A DNA stretch of 64,000 bases from Vermamoeba vermiformis (taxonomy: Eukaryota), in assembly GCA_045837725.1 (NCBI GenBank), contig JBEWZL010000109.1, positions 372,001-436,000 on the forward strand, given 5' to 3'. The translations under genes were made by a program, and so were the position numbers. The stretch's first letter is position 1, and every line of letters begins with the position of its first letter. The notes beneath the pieces were generated by a model, which saw only the letters and a program-made list of their open reading frames with translations, did not search any database and had not been told where the DNA came from. This document shows, piece after piece, positions 11,223 to 24,722 of the stretch.

Positions 11223-14200
11223 TTATTTGGGCACAATTTCACCAGTCAAACCATCGATCCAGTGCTGCTTCTCAGGCGTGTAGTACAAGAAGACGCGCGA
11301 TGCAGGACCAGTGTACGAGCCAGGCACCGTGGCTACAACATCGACTGGGAACTCTGCCACACCACTGCAACGTGAAAGAACGATCAGTACTGCGCGTGTG
11401 TGGAGTGCACGAATAGGCTACTTACGCTTTGTCAAAGCCACGCCAGTAGAGTGCAATGTTGCGGCCAATGACCTCGTAGAAATCAATTTTCTCTTTCTTC
11501 ACGAGATCTTTCAGCTGTTCGTGACGCGGTTCAAAACCACCAGGCAAGCCAATGATCGCGAGCACCATCGGCAGATCTTCTTTGGTCACATTGGTCACTT
11601 TCACCATCACTTCACAGCCTTCACCTTCATTCACAGTCTTCTTGCTCAGCTTGGCCTCGAGCTTGACCTTGCAATCAGCCGCGGAGTTGGGCGTGAGAGC
11701 GTTGTAGCTGACTGTGAACTGGTACGGCAACGAGCCCTTGCCGAGCTTCAAATTCAACTTGTGCTTGCCGGAGCCGATCTTGACGTCATCAAAAGAGATT
11801 CGGATTGGCGTAGAGACTGATAAGTTGACGGCCTTTTCTTCGACGACCTTGCCGTTCAAAGACTACAGAGAACTTAGTTCGCCGTACTAAATAAGAATTT
11901 TTTCACGGGATACTTACGACTGTCAAAACTGGGGCACCGTCAGAAGGAGCAGGAGCAAACTCGGTGTTGTACATGTTCATGGCCTTCAAAGTCAACGAAG
12001 TGCCTTGCGTGTTGCCGTAGCCGTAGGGCGACAACGAGCTGTCCAAGAACTTCTTGCCGAGCTCAATGTTGCTTTGATAGGTCTTGGGATCAATTCTCAT
12101 CCAAGCCAACATTGCGAGTGCTGTGGCTTCAACTTCAGCATTGCCAGAGTACACGATCGTCGAGCCAGGCTTGTTCACGCGGCCATTCGTCTTGTCTTGC
12201 ATTGAAGCCAGCTGTTCAGCCAATTTCTTGGCTTGTTCAGTTTGCTTCAAACGATGGTTCACATTCGCTGCTAGTGCCATCACGTAAGAGGCCTCGTTCT
12301 TAGTCAATTTGTTCAAGTGCTCTAACTCTTTTTCAACTTGACTGGCACTGACACCAGCTTCAGTTACGGCCCACATGATGTACGCTGAAAGTCAAAAGTT
12401 AGCCTCTATAATCAGGTGTAATAGCGCTTTATCTTACCATGAGCCGCGTCCTTGGGAGGTGAAGCCCAAGCGTATTTGCCGTACGCCTGTTTGAACTCGC
12501 CTCTGCCGTCACGTTGAGCCAACAGCCATTGCACACTGCGGTCAAGGAGACCCTTGTCGACTGAACAAAGTATGAGTCACTGGCGCGACTAAAACAATGG
12601 TTGAACTTACTGTCGTACACGGGCATTGTGTCCAACAACATGACCACACCAAAGGCTGTGAGAGCAGTGTGGGCAGGAGTACCGCCGTACCACTCAAAAC
12701 CTCCTCCACGGCACTCGTAGCCCTTGATCTTGTCATATCCGACCTTGATCTTGGGAATGAAGTCATTGAGCTTGTTAATGTCGCCCTTGTTCGCGAACCA
12801 TTGGGCAGCGAGAATGAGCGGGAACATGGTCGAACCAACTTGCTCGAAGCAACCGCCAGGAGTCTGGCACAATCGATCGCACAATGCTTCGTAGCTGCCA
12901 GCAGGTGACGGGAAGAAGGCCAACGAAGCGGTGATGGAGTTCTTGGAGATCTTGCTGGGGATCTCAAACTCGATCTCTTTCTCGCCGTCGTGACGCAGAA
13001 CGTCAGAGGCATCGATTTGTTGAGGGAAACCTAACGGCATGATGCGCATTTGACGCTCAATCTTGTCCAAATGACCACTGCCTGATTTAGCTTCTAAATT
13101 CACCTTAGCGTGACCAGGGCTGTCGGCCTTGAGTTTGAGCAATCTTCTCACTGATAGAAATAACGTTAGTTCACGTGTACGGCGATAAAAAGTATCGAGC
13201 ACGCACCTCTTTCGTTGCCTTGCATCTTGATGGACTTGAAGTCCGCAGCTTTCTTCGCGTCAACGTGAAGATTAGAGTCGGTCTCGATGGACACCTTGGC
13301 GTCACTGAACTTCTTCTTGGTGTTGTTGACGAGCAAGATGGGCAGCAAGATCTCGTCAGTCTCGGTGACTTCAATAGGCACACGAGCGTCAGAGCTGAAA
13401 GGTTCCTTTGACTCGATCAAAAAGTCACTGACACCAAAGCCGTTGTTGCGATTGAACGCATCGACCATGAATCTGAACGAAGTGATGCTCTCGCTCAATG
13501 TGAAGTTAACGGTTGCCTCTCCCGAGTCATTTGTGGCAATTCCACCGGTCCAGTACAAAGTCTTGGTGAAGTCCGTTCTCTTCGTTGAATCGCGATTGGC
13601 TGATTTTTTGTGTCTGTACTCACGCGCGAGGAAAACATTGCCCGCTCTCTCGAAGTTAATTTCTGCACATAGACGTTAGGACTATTGTATATATAATATC
13701 GAAAGAGCTGTGACCAACCTTCGTTGTCTTTGACAGCTGGAGCGACTGGCACTGGAGGTGGTGGGGGTCCTCCATAGTAACCTGGAGGTGGTGGTGGCGG
13801 CATGGAGTAGGATGAAGACGGCATGGAGAGCATTGGTGGACTCATTCGTCGACCCATTGCTATTGGTGCTCTAGCTCCAGCTGAAGGTGAAGGCATGGAT
13901 GGTAGCGAAGGCTTAGCAGACTCCATGATTCGCGATGGAGCAATCATAGATTCTGCTCTTGGAGAAGGCGCGCTGTTGGTGACTGCCATTGGCGGTGCCA
14001 TTGGTGCTGAAGGTGCACTCAAAGTTGATGTTCTGGCCACTGTCTTAGCTGACAGAGTCGCAGTGTTGCGTACCGGTGAAAGGACACTTGTGGGGGCAAC
14101 ATTAGGTCGTCGTACAGGGGACGGGGGTAGTCCTCCTGACTGCATTGGAGGAGGTGGTGCTCCTCCTGCCATCGGAGGAGGGGGTACTCCATAAGAAATG

Positions 14201-16660
14201 CCACTGTTATATGGAGAGAGTGGAGGTGGTGGCGGTGGCGGAGACAATTTGACACCTTTAATCTGGACACAAATTCATTTTGTCAGTTACTACCCCATAT
14301 TATTAGTGCTTGAAAAAGTGACTTACCGAGTTTTCAGTTGATACCAAAACTCGTTCTGCAGACTTGTTGTCCTTCAAGAACGCAATCATATCCTCCTCTG
14401 ACTTGAAAAACACGAATCTGCGCCAGCCCTGGACAAACGGGTTAGAACTGATGATAATAGCGGTCAATCGAAATATACTCACTTGAGTGCCGAGCAACAA
14501 GTCAATTGCTTGGCGAGATTTGGGCTCCTATTTGAAGTAAATTTGGCTGTCAAAAAGCTCGTTCACTTCGGACTCGAGCAGAGCCATTTCGGGCAAACGA
14601 GGTGCCTTCTTTCGTTTCTATAAATAACCACATGTTAGCACGTGAAGAAAGACCGACTAGTTAAGGCTCCTCAAGCTTACCTCGACCATCTCGAGAATTG
14701 CGTCGTCGGTCACAGTAACGGCAAGTACGGCTTTAACGGGCTCGTCAAACTCGTTGGTAGTCTTGACTTTGACTTCAAGCTTTTGATTGGGCTTGAATGA
14801 CTCCTTGTTCGGAGTGATCTTGACTTTAATCTGACGAGCAAGATGACGGAAGATCAATCGCTCAGCAACAGGAGTGCTCTTCTTGAACAGAGTGGCTCTC
14901 AATACACCTACGATGTTTAAAGATCAGTCTATGATGTCGAAGTGGTCTTTGATGAGTATCTCTCACCTTCACCGGCTGCAGCAGGAGGATAGAATGTGAT
15001 GACTTTAGTGCCCTTGCTCTTCACGGGGGCTGAAGCGAGCTCAAAGTCACGCTTGTAGAGCTTGAGAGTGTAGTCGTCAGTTTCGTTTGACACGACTGTC
15101 AGCTCAACAGGCTCGCCCTTTTGATAAGTATCCTTGCTTGAGCGAATGATAGCACCACGCTTGTGCACTTTGCAAGTCTCACGAGGCAACTTGATCAAGT
15201 CGCGAATACCTCCAGGAGTAGTCACGTGCATAAAGTAAGTGTTGTGCTTCTCAGGCGTGAACACCACTTTGCCACGGCCCTCGTGGGAGGACTCGAGTTC
15301 GCAGACACGAGTGAACTTGGCCCTAAGAACATAGACGTCAGCACTTAGTAAAATACGCGGATTACGAATGAACGTACAAGTTCTCAATGGTCGCAGCGGC
15401 GCTGAAGCCAGAAGCTCTTGCAGCACTCGATTCGATGCTGAGCAGTTGTCCCTTGACATCAGCGGGATCACCGTTGTTTTGGAAGCACTCAAAGTACAGA
15501 CCGGTCTCGATGCCGTTGATCAGCTGACCGCTCTCAGGATAGAAGTTGACTTTGATCGTGGCCAACAGAATAGGAATGGTCTTGCCAATCGACTCAACAT
15601 TGCCTCCGTCTTGCACTGTGAATGTCAACGTGCCCTCACCGACCTTGATGTCATCGGGCAGTTTGAATGAGACACGGCAATCACCTTTCTGGTCCAAGGT
15701 GGTCTCACCGCTGCAATGCATTCGAGTTAGTTTTCATGAACAGCAAAGCACGTGATTGGTTGACTTACCGCCATACTTCAGCTCCGTCAATACGAGCAGT
15801 AGCCGTTACTTGGGCACCAGCGGGGATACCTCCTTCAGCTCTAATAGCCTAGTGTTCGTAAACATAATTAATATGAGGTTTTAAGAAGAAAAACTGAACG
15901 TAGGTAAACCAGTCATGAACGGATGGGAATTCCATACACGATTGCGAATATGAAATCAAATCAAATATTGTGGATCTTACATTTAATACTGCTACGGCAG
16001 TGTCTCCAGCACCAAGTCCTTTCTTTACAAACTCCGCTTGAAGTTTTAATTTTGGTGCTACGATTTACCAGTCAGTTAAGGCGGTGAAATAATATCTAAT
16101 AAATAGCAAAAATATTATTTAAGCGATTAATTACCAAAGAACTCGCGGACTTCGAAACTTCTTTCGGCTTTAGCGAAGATCATATCGGAGGTGCTTTCTT
16201 CCGCAACAATTGAGATTTTGTAGTCTCCTCCAGCAGCATCGTTGCCGATCTTCCATGAAGCAACGATAACGGAGTTCGAGATCGGCACGAGTGAGTACTT
16301 TGCAACCTCATCTCCTAAAAAGAAAATTTAAATTTGAAATCCTTAGAAAATCTAGCATTGGCACTTTATATGCTATCGAGCAGTATATAAGTAAGGGATC
16401 ATGACGTAGAATTTTTCGTAATTTACCTTTGGGCGAAGAGATGGTAACACCGAACTTGGGAGTGAACTGCTTCGGCAAGGGATGATTAGTAATACCGTTA
16501 AGCACAACTGCACGGATCAAGACCCATTCATCTAAATTATAAATAGGTCTGTCCGTGGAGATGTGGATGTCGTAACGGTCGAGTAAGAAGTTGACGCTAG
16601 ACTAAATTCAAAATAAATCAGCAAATAATTAATCAATATGACCACAATATTACTTACCAT
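11223..16660 (-). CDS. Alpha-2-macroglobulin / thioester-containing protein of bacterial-like type, no signal peptide, in-frame TAG at 14528-14530
   Basis: ATG-only exon at 16660-16658, then SSVNFLLDRYDIHISTDRPIY (MG2). Also DLLLGTQGWRRF, a Pro-rich bait-like region, RTDFTKTLYW, thioester motif PGGCFEQ (12840-12857), GGGFEWYG and C-terminal PGSYTGPASRVFLYYTPE; stop at 11223. Confidence 0.9.
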
Positions 16661-17013
16661 ACTTCTACTTGCTTTTAAAGAAATAAAAAAAATGTGGTGA
16701 AAATCTTGTTTTGTTCTTTTAACTCAGTTGACGGGGGAAAGAACCCAAGCCATCAATTCCAAATTAGGTAATTACCTACATTTATTGTGGACGTCATTGT
16801 ACCAATCTTCCATTGAAAACGCAGAATTCCACGACACACTCATACCTACATTACGGACTTAAGCCAAGATCAAGGCAGGCGCTAGTGAATGTCTTCGTAA
16901 AATAAATGCACTACGTATTATTTCATACTTACTATACACAATCGAGTAGGTAAAAGTGGCTTTTATGTAACAAGTGACACAAGCACGTCAAAAAATCCCG
17001 TGCCAAGTCAAAT

Positions 17014-18398
17014 CTAATAGTACGGCTGGCCAGTGGACACATCTCCTCCGTCCACGTTCCTTCGCTTGAACGGAATCATCTTTTGGTCTTTGCTCGCGTC
17101 TCTCTTGCGCTTCTTTTGCATGTACTTGTCCAACTTGCCTTTAGCCTTGAGCTCTTTGAATTTCTCGGCCAACTCCGCTCGTTTCAAGTCGCCTAATATA
17201 TTATTAGCCTCAAGGTATAATAATAAGGTGTATTATATATATTCAATTAGGTACGTACTCTCTTTGAAGTAATAAGGTGTTTTGCCTTGAGCGACTTTCT
17301 CCGCTTCCTTCTTTTTAAACTCTCGCTTAATCTGTTGACGCAATTCATCTCTCTTTTCCTGTGCCCGTCTTTGTTGCTATAGTAATATAATATAAATATT
17401 ATGTTAACGAAGCAAAAAAGTGGATCACGTACCAAGATCTCCAGACCTCGTCTAAGTTTCTCAGCCATAACAGGATCCTTTTCTTTCGTAATATCTTTTT
17501 GTAGCGTAACAATTTCTTGGTCTTTTAAAGTATCCAAGAAATCATAGCTCTTTTTGAACAGATCTGCGTTGAAATGACCGCTCAAGTTGTCAAAACGTGG
17601 ATCACGTCGGAACTATGAGGCATTAGTATCTCGTCTATAATAAAATATGATAGTACATACTGGTTTTTCAACGTGCACTACAATTCGTTTTCGAGAGACA
17701 GGCACTTTTGCTGAAATCTCTGCTGGAGCGCTCTTTGAACGCTTTTTTGTTGGATCTTTTTGCTCGTCCTTTTGTTTCTGTTTCATTTGCTGTTTTCGGT
17801 GCTCCAGTCCTTCCTGTTATTAATTTACAACGTTAGACAGATACAGGCCATTTGGGATCGGATTTCGTTTTACTTGCCTTAATTCTCTGTTTAAAGTCTA
17901 CAACGCCTTCTGTTTTCTTAAATTGTCGAAGCTCGTCAAATGGCATTTCTGCTAGTTCTTCTGCTAATTCCTATGAGAAGAAAGGTTTCAGAAAATGACA
18001 GATCGCGATCCAAACTAATTAATTCGTCACAATGAATTTTGAAAAATACTATATTTGCCGTAATAATTACTCACATCATCATCATCACTTTCTTCGTTCT
18101 CATTTTCTGAATTTACATCGTTGTTATCGAAATCCATATCGTCATCATCAGAAACTCCGTTATTATTCATCTCTTCGGGCTCATCACTTGAGTAATCGTC
18201 TCTATTATTTTTTTTCTTATTATTTACAAACTTTTTCTTCGCGTAAGCGTGAGTCGGTTGCGGATTTTCTTGATCACGATCGTCATCTTCCGTTTGATTT
18301 CTGAATTTAGGCTTCTTAGGTTTTCGTTTTCGCTTCTTTTTATCGTTTATAAAGAAGGAATCTCGTGGTTGAGATTTGGGTTGTGTTGGTGTGGCCAT
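17014..18398 (-). CDS. RRP36: rRNA biogenesis protein RRP36 (DUF947)
   Basis: Acidic/basic N-terminus; SAPAEISAKVPVSR, RDPRFDNLSGHFNADLFKKSYDFL, KTPYYFK, LAEKFKELKAKGKLDKYMQKKRKR. Confidence 0.88.
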
Positions 18399-18799
18399 GA
18401 TTGGATCTGATTAATTATTTTTTTCCGAGTGAACTTCAACTACACAACCACCCGCAAATCCTTCCTCACAGTAATCAGTTTAAAGTATACATTGACCCGC
18501 AATCGGTCTTTCGACAGCTGTATGTTTAACGTAGAAGCGCAGAAAAAGCTGGAATTCTATCATGGCAAGAACTAACCACAATCAGCCATTTAAAAAATAT
18601 CACCCAAAATGACAGCTTGGCACAATATCACCCCAAAATTTACAGCCTTCGCCTAACCAAAATATCGATTTATTTCCACTAATTTACCTGAATCCATCCA
18701 CACGTGCCTCGACATAAATTCTCTGAGAATCGTTACATGGCATAATTATCTTCAACACGAATAATATAAACAGCAACAGCAAAGTTAAGCTTCCTTAAC

Positions 18800-19522
18800 A
18801 TGCAATTTTTCAACAATGAATCCAGCACTATCCGAGTCATCGCACCTGGCTTGGTTTTGATGAAAGGCGCATTGAACAAGGACAAACAAATATGGCTTGC
18901 CGAGTACGCGACGAAGGCAGGAGAAGATCCACAACACGGCTTTTGGACGACTCTAGCCAACGGCGAGAAAGTGCTCAATAACGATAAAGGACGCGGCCGA
19001 ATTTACGACACTATCCACGCGTTTCCTGACGCTCAATTAGTGCAAGGTCTATGTGAAGAGATGGTGGCAGTTGCCCGCAAGAACGACGCACACATGCCGC
19101 AGATGTTCCCAACGCATCTTCTATTGCTCAAGTACGCTACTCCCGATGGCATGTGCTGGCATAGCGACTCCGATCCTAATGACGGAGACAACGACCATCC
19201 TATTGTATCTGTCACTATTGGAAATTCTTGCGAGTTTGGTTACAAGCTTACCGGAAAACCTGAATCTACTATTACCCTCGAATCAGGCGACGTGTTAATA
19301 TGGGGAGGCCCTAATAGAATGCTCTTACATTGCGTTCATAAGGTCAACAGCAACACTTGCCCTGACTACTTGCCGATCAAGGACGTTCGCCTGAACTTTA
19401 CGTTCCGCGACGCACCGAACGTGCTTGGCAACGAAGACAAGTACAAAGTATGTGTAGAGTCCGATTATGACACATTGCTGCCCTTTGCGATCAAAAAGGC
19501 AGCTTTAGCAGCTAAAAAATAA
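18800..19522 (+). CDS. AlkB-family 2OG-Fe(II) dioxygenase, intronless
   Basis: HxD (WHSD), PIVSVTIG, LESGDVLIWGG..R...H and RLNFTFR motifs. Confidence 0.85.
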   Translation: MQFFNNESSTIRVIAPGLVLMKGALNKDKQIWLAEYATKAGEDPQHGFWTTLANGEKVLNNDKGRGRIYDTIHAFPDAQLVQGLCEEMVAVARKNDAHMPQMFPTHLLLLKYATPDGMCWHSDSDPNDGDNDHPIVSVTIGNSCEFGYKLTGKPESTITLESGDVLIWGGPNRMLLHCVHKVNSNTCPDYLPIKDVRLNFTFRDAPNVLGNEDKYKVCVESDYDTLLPFAIKKAALAAKK

Positions 19523-19658
19523 TTTGCTGCAATCAGATGCGAACTTTGTAAATACAATTTCTGTAAAATAAAATGTTTATTATGTTTCCCTTATACATAC
19601 TTCCAGATATTGGAATGTAAGTTTACTAAAAGTTCATTGAACCAGTTTCTTCATCTCG

Positions 19659-20141
19659 CTAACGGAACAGTCGATTCAAGAAGAATGCTACCGCATATGT
19701 GGCTACTACACTCATACCAACGGTTACGAGTCTTGTTGTCAACGGATGTTGGTCAATTCGTTGTAACCTGAGTCGATACTCGTTCACCTCCAGAGTGGCC
19801 TTCCTTCCACGGCTCTCGGGATGCACAATTTGTATTCTCAAGAGCTCTATACCAGCGCGAGTGATTTGAATGAAGTCATATGCCTCTAGCCACAACGTAT
19901 TCTTCACTTCGTCGATCGCATCCAAGACCGCGATCAGATCTTTGCGCATGTTCAAAGCGATAAGAGTAGGATGTTTGAGGACGTACTTCTTGACTTCTTC
20001 CATATCCAAGATATCGGTAATGTAAGTCATGCAAGGAGTGTCTCTCAGCTCTTCGACGCGAGGAAAGAGGAAGCATTCGCAGAGTAGAGTTTGACGTTCG
20101 ATTGCGGGCACGCGTTGAATAATGTCATGAAGTTGTTCCAT
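19659..20141 (-). CDS. Hypothetical 160-aa protein with C-terminal hydrophobic (tail-anchor-like) segment
   Basis: Intronless ORF with coding-like composition, ending LVTVGMSVVATYAVAFFLNRLFR. Confidence 0.55.
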   Translation of the reverse strand: MEQLHDIIQRVPAIERQTLLCECFLFPRVEELRDTPCMTYITDILDMEEVKKYVLKHPTLIALNMRKDLIAVLDAIDEVKNTLWLEAYDFIQITRAGIELLRIQIVHPESRGRKATLEVNEYRLRLQRIDQHPLTTRLVTVGMSVVATYAVAFFLNRLFR

Positions 20142-20358
20142 TGTTGTGTCGATATGGAAAGTACTATTATTAAGTCAAATGTTGTTGCCGAGCTGCGAAT
20201 AAAAACAAACTGAACTGAGTTACGTGAGTTGGCAAAATTTGCAACGTGAAGTCAATAGGCTGCAAATATTTGCGTGGTATCCTATGGACTAAATCAAGTG
20301 AATAGCGCTTGTTTTATTAACTAGACAATGAATTTATATTATAAATACCGCGGCTATT

Positions 20359-21744
20359 TTAATAGTACTTCTTCCAGCCAATAGGCAGACCGGCGTCTTC
20401 AGCGGCTAAATGGGCGTTGTTCAAGTAGAATTCTTCGCCGTGCTTCAACGACAAAATAAAATATGACTTGGCAAGCGCCCTGATATTCTCAATTTCGTGG
20501 TCGGTCAAATCTCTGATTTTCTTAGCGGGGTTTCCAGCCCAGAATTCTCCAGAAGGCACACGATCGTGAGACAAGAGCACTGAGTTAGCACCCAACATTG
20601 AGTTCTTTTCCATGTATGAACCTAATAATTTCGCATGTGAGACCGATGCAAAAGTGTCAAAAAGTCATTCGTGAGCACAGTTACTGAAACTCCGATTTGA
20701 CTCGCGTCATTAATAATTATTCACACTCGGCTAGCAGTATTTAATGCACGTACCTTCGGTCAAAATAGAGCCCATGCCAACGAGGCAACCGTCTTCAATA
20801 GTGCATGCGCGCAATTGGCAGCCGTGGCCTGGATCACCATGTGTCAGAATGTACCCGTACGATAACAATAGCACATCTCTTTTTATATCATTTCGTATGT
20901 ATACTCACCAATAGTGACGTGGTGACCAATAATTGTTGAACCATCGTGATCGGCTCCGATGGGCTGGAATGCCTCTGTGATAACAGTGTTGTCCTATTAA
21001 TAGAAACGTTAACACCATTAATAATATTACGACACGGTCGGCTAGTATATAATGGCGTATGTATATTATAATAATAAGATATAGTAGTCTCGAAAATGAC
21101 GCGTACTTGTACGTTGGTCCAAGCGCCAATGCGAACCAATTTGACATCACCACGAATTGTAACGTTGTACCAAATAGATGCTTTATCCCAGACCTATGCG
21201 ATAATATGTTAATATGGGATATCCGATGATAGGCCCTTATATTGCAGGGCAGTATCTGGTATCGCGGATTTGTGGTTGAAATTCATAAATAAATTCTAAT
21301 TACCTCGACGTTGCCAGCTAAAGTAGCACTTGGTGCGACAAATGTTTCAGGGCTGAGTTTAGGCTCTAATTTCTTATCTAGTCTGACAATTGTCTTGTGT
21401 TTATCCCCTAATAATTCATAATAAATATCAGTAACTCCCCAATAAGTTATTTCGGCTTATGTCATAATTATAAATCATAATATAATGGATTATTAATTAA
21501 TTGAAAATAACAAGTGATAAGAAAGCCGAATAATGTTAGATCGAGCAAAATAATTTTAGAGTCCTTACTATATCGCATAAATTATGCATAAATATATTTT
21601 CTTACATTTATCGGCAAATAAAACGTTTCCTGGGATTTTCTCCTCGAACAAATAAGCATATTTGCCGTATTTTGATTTTGCTTCTTGGCCTGGCAGATTT
21701 CGTCCCAGCCGACGAGCCACTTGACTAAGAACACCTCGAATCAT
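20359..21744 (-). CDS. Gamma carbonic anhydrase-like subunit (mitochondrial complex I type)
   Basis: Six exons: Arg-rich presequence MIRGVLSQVARRLGR, then FVAPSATLAGNV, IWYNVTIRGD, IGAWTNVQD, VTIGHGC, LVGMGS and WAGNPAK hexapeptide repeats. Confidence 0.9.
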
Positions 21745-22064
21745 CTAATACTCGCAATTATTATTTTTCTACGATTAATTGAATAATTTTGGTGCTGATA
21801 TTTGACTGCTGCAGATTGGCTTTTTGATCGAATCTGGTGCGTGTCCACAGTGCTTACCTTTTATAGTACAACTGATAATAATACGAGTGGTATCTCAGTC
21901 AATAAATATACAACGATTACTCCGGCTGGAAGCGATTTTTTTGGTCCGGCAGAATTTTCAGCTGAGCCTGACAGATCCACAATCAAACGGACGCTTGAAC
22001 GCTAACGAATATAGACAGCGCACGTGCTTAGGATAAAAATAAGGCTATGGTAGCTACTCCTTTA

Positions 22065-23942
22065 TTAATGTCTAATAATAATATCTTCACGACCAGCACC
22101 AACACCAATGTAAGTAATGTGAACGCCAGCGAGTTGTTCGACGCGTTCAACGTACTTGCGGCAAGTCTCAGGGAGCTCTTCGAACTTGCGGACCTTGCTG
22201 ATATCGACCTCCCAGCCAGGAAGAGTCTCGTAGACGACCTCAACTCTCTTCAACACATCCAAATCTGCAGGCATGTAGTTGATTTCTTTGCCGTCCAACA
22301 TGTAGGCCTATCAGTATGGCGTTAATAATTGCATCAATGACAATAATAGAGTCCACAGAAAGTACTTACAACACCGATCTTGATCTCCTTGAAGGCGGAG
22401 AGGATGTCGAGCTTGGTCAAACCAATATCGGTAAAGCTGTTGATGGCATTGCTGTAACGCAACTCGGGGATATCGAGCCAACCGCAGCGACGAGGACGAC
22501 CAGTGGTAGTACCGTACTCGTGACCTCTCTAAACGCAAACTCGATCAGTCGCTGCACGAGAACCAAATAATTTTTGGTACTCAAATTTGGATTGAATGGA
22601 AATTTGACGGTCAAAACCACGCAAGGTGACCGTTACAAAACCATAAAAGGCAAGAAAAAAATGGGCGGGAAAAGGGAACTGGGTGTTACGTACGGTCAAA
22701 AGCTCGTGACCAACTTCACCTTCGACTTCAGTAGGGAAAGGACCCTCACCGACTACAATAGGCGGCAGTTAGTACTTGAAGGCCGATAAAATAAGTAGCT
22801 CGGACGTACCTCTAGTGCAGTAAGCCTTGACAATACCAATGATGGTGCCGATCTTCAATGGGCTGATACCCAAACCCTGGAGTTACAACGTTAGTACCTA
22901 CGGTCGTAAGAGACTAGGTAGGTGTACGTACGGTGCAAGCACCACCCACAGTGCAGTTGGATGAGGTGACGTAAGGATAAGTACCGAAGTCAATATCCAA
23001 CATGGTAGCGTTAGCGCCTTCAACCATGATCTTTTTGCCGGCCTTGTGGGCTTCGTTGACGTAAGTAATGGAGTCAATGACGAAAGGAGCGAGCTGCTTA
23101 GCGTATTGACGGTACTTCTCGAGTTCTTCTTGAGGATTCAACTTCAAGGCGGGGTAAGCCTTCATCATAGAGTTGTAGAGGGTGTTGAACTTCTCAGCGA
23201 AGTGGTCGAAGTTACCAACAAGATCGGCAACTGTAAGTAGCTATTATTAGAACTTGAATCCGGTAACGCGTAAAGGTGGGCGGTTAATAAAAGCCTAAAT
23301 TTGAGAATATATAGCACCCATTATCTAAGCGATCCTATATAATATTATATGATAAGTCTTGCAGCTTTACCTCTGAGGCCAGATCTAAGAAATAAAATTT
23401 AAATTAGAACAACGTCCTACTCCGTGTAACCGCTCTGTACACTTACCGAGTCATCTTAGTGCTGTAAGTTGGTCCAATACCCTTCTTGGTGGTACCGATC
23501 TTCTTCTCAGCACGTTCTTCTTCGCCCATACGGTCCAAGGCGAGATGGAGGTCAGTTACAAGATGAGCTCTGTCACTAATCTTAATACGACCTTCGTATT
23601 TAATATTTTTCTTCTCCAAAGCTTCTAATTCTCCGAAGAAGGTAGGTACGTTCATAACAACACCGTTGCCAATAACACAGGTAACGTGATCGTACAGAAC
23701 TCCTGAGGGAAGGAGGTGGAAAGCGTATTTAACGCCATTTACAATGATGGTGTGGCCTAGTAATTATACAATGAATATTTTAATTATTCAATTTTTTTGA
23801 AGCGCTACGGACCTGCATTCGCACCACCGTTGAATCTAGCAACAATATCGCTCTTCTCGGCCAAGAGATCGACTAATTTGCCTTTGCCTTCGTCACCCCA
23901 TTGACTACCAATAATGACGAGGACCTTGTTTTGATCTGCCAT
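22065..23942 (-). CDS. purA: Adenylosuccinate synthetase
   Basis: [72 protein letters not shown] and TKLD; intact after splicing. Confidence 0.97.
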
Positions 23943-24722
23943 TGTGTTTGTTTAACGAGTTTGATGCTGAAAAAACTCGTTATAAATTATTCAAACAAGA
24001 CCATGAACTCAATATAGAATTCCAAAATGCCTAAAATAACACGTTCTTAGCATCTTTTCGGTAATTTGGCGTCTAACTTGAGGATGGGCCTGCGATCTTG
24101 CTTGTGGTTACCTGGGTGTCAGGCGCCTAATTACAAGTCGTTATCACGTACCTCTATTATTATATAATTTGCATAAGGTACGTACTAACAATAAGACAGA
24201 CGACGTTGTCTTGATATCAAATTTGAGCTCAAACGTATCGAAATATTATTTTTATGTGGATAATTTAAAGGTCCTTAATTTCTATTTTTGTAAAATAGCA
24301 ACGAGTATTTCAAATTGCATGCTGGAATTTATAAACAAATATACTGAGTCGCAGAAGGAGCACTATTTCCGAACAGGTCTGAAAGTCGATTAGGTTGTCA
24401 AGGAGAGCTCATTGTTAAGTTTAAGATGAATGTAAGATACTCGTGGCGCCTTGTAAGCTCTTCAAACGAGTCTGCCACGATCGGTGATCCACCTGGAATT
24501 CTTGAGCATAAAACAAATTGTCGTCATGTCAACTATTAGCCGATTGTCTCCTTCCTGCACGTTTCGCAAGAACAAATACAATTACCCGACGAGTTTCACG
24601 AATCGTAGTGCAGGCTGTATCATAGGAATGGAATCACATGGGTCCGAATTTCTGACGCATAAACAAATGTTTGGAGACTTATCAACGATCATTTTCAATA
24701 TTATATATCAATATAATACCAC

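Noticed and set aside
14528-14530. Genome-wide TAG reassignment to an amino acid
   Set aside because: TAG ends several genes normally (aquaporin, RRP36, actin regulator, zinc-finger copy 3), and other conserved genes have no internal TAG.
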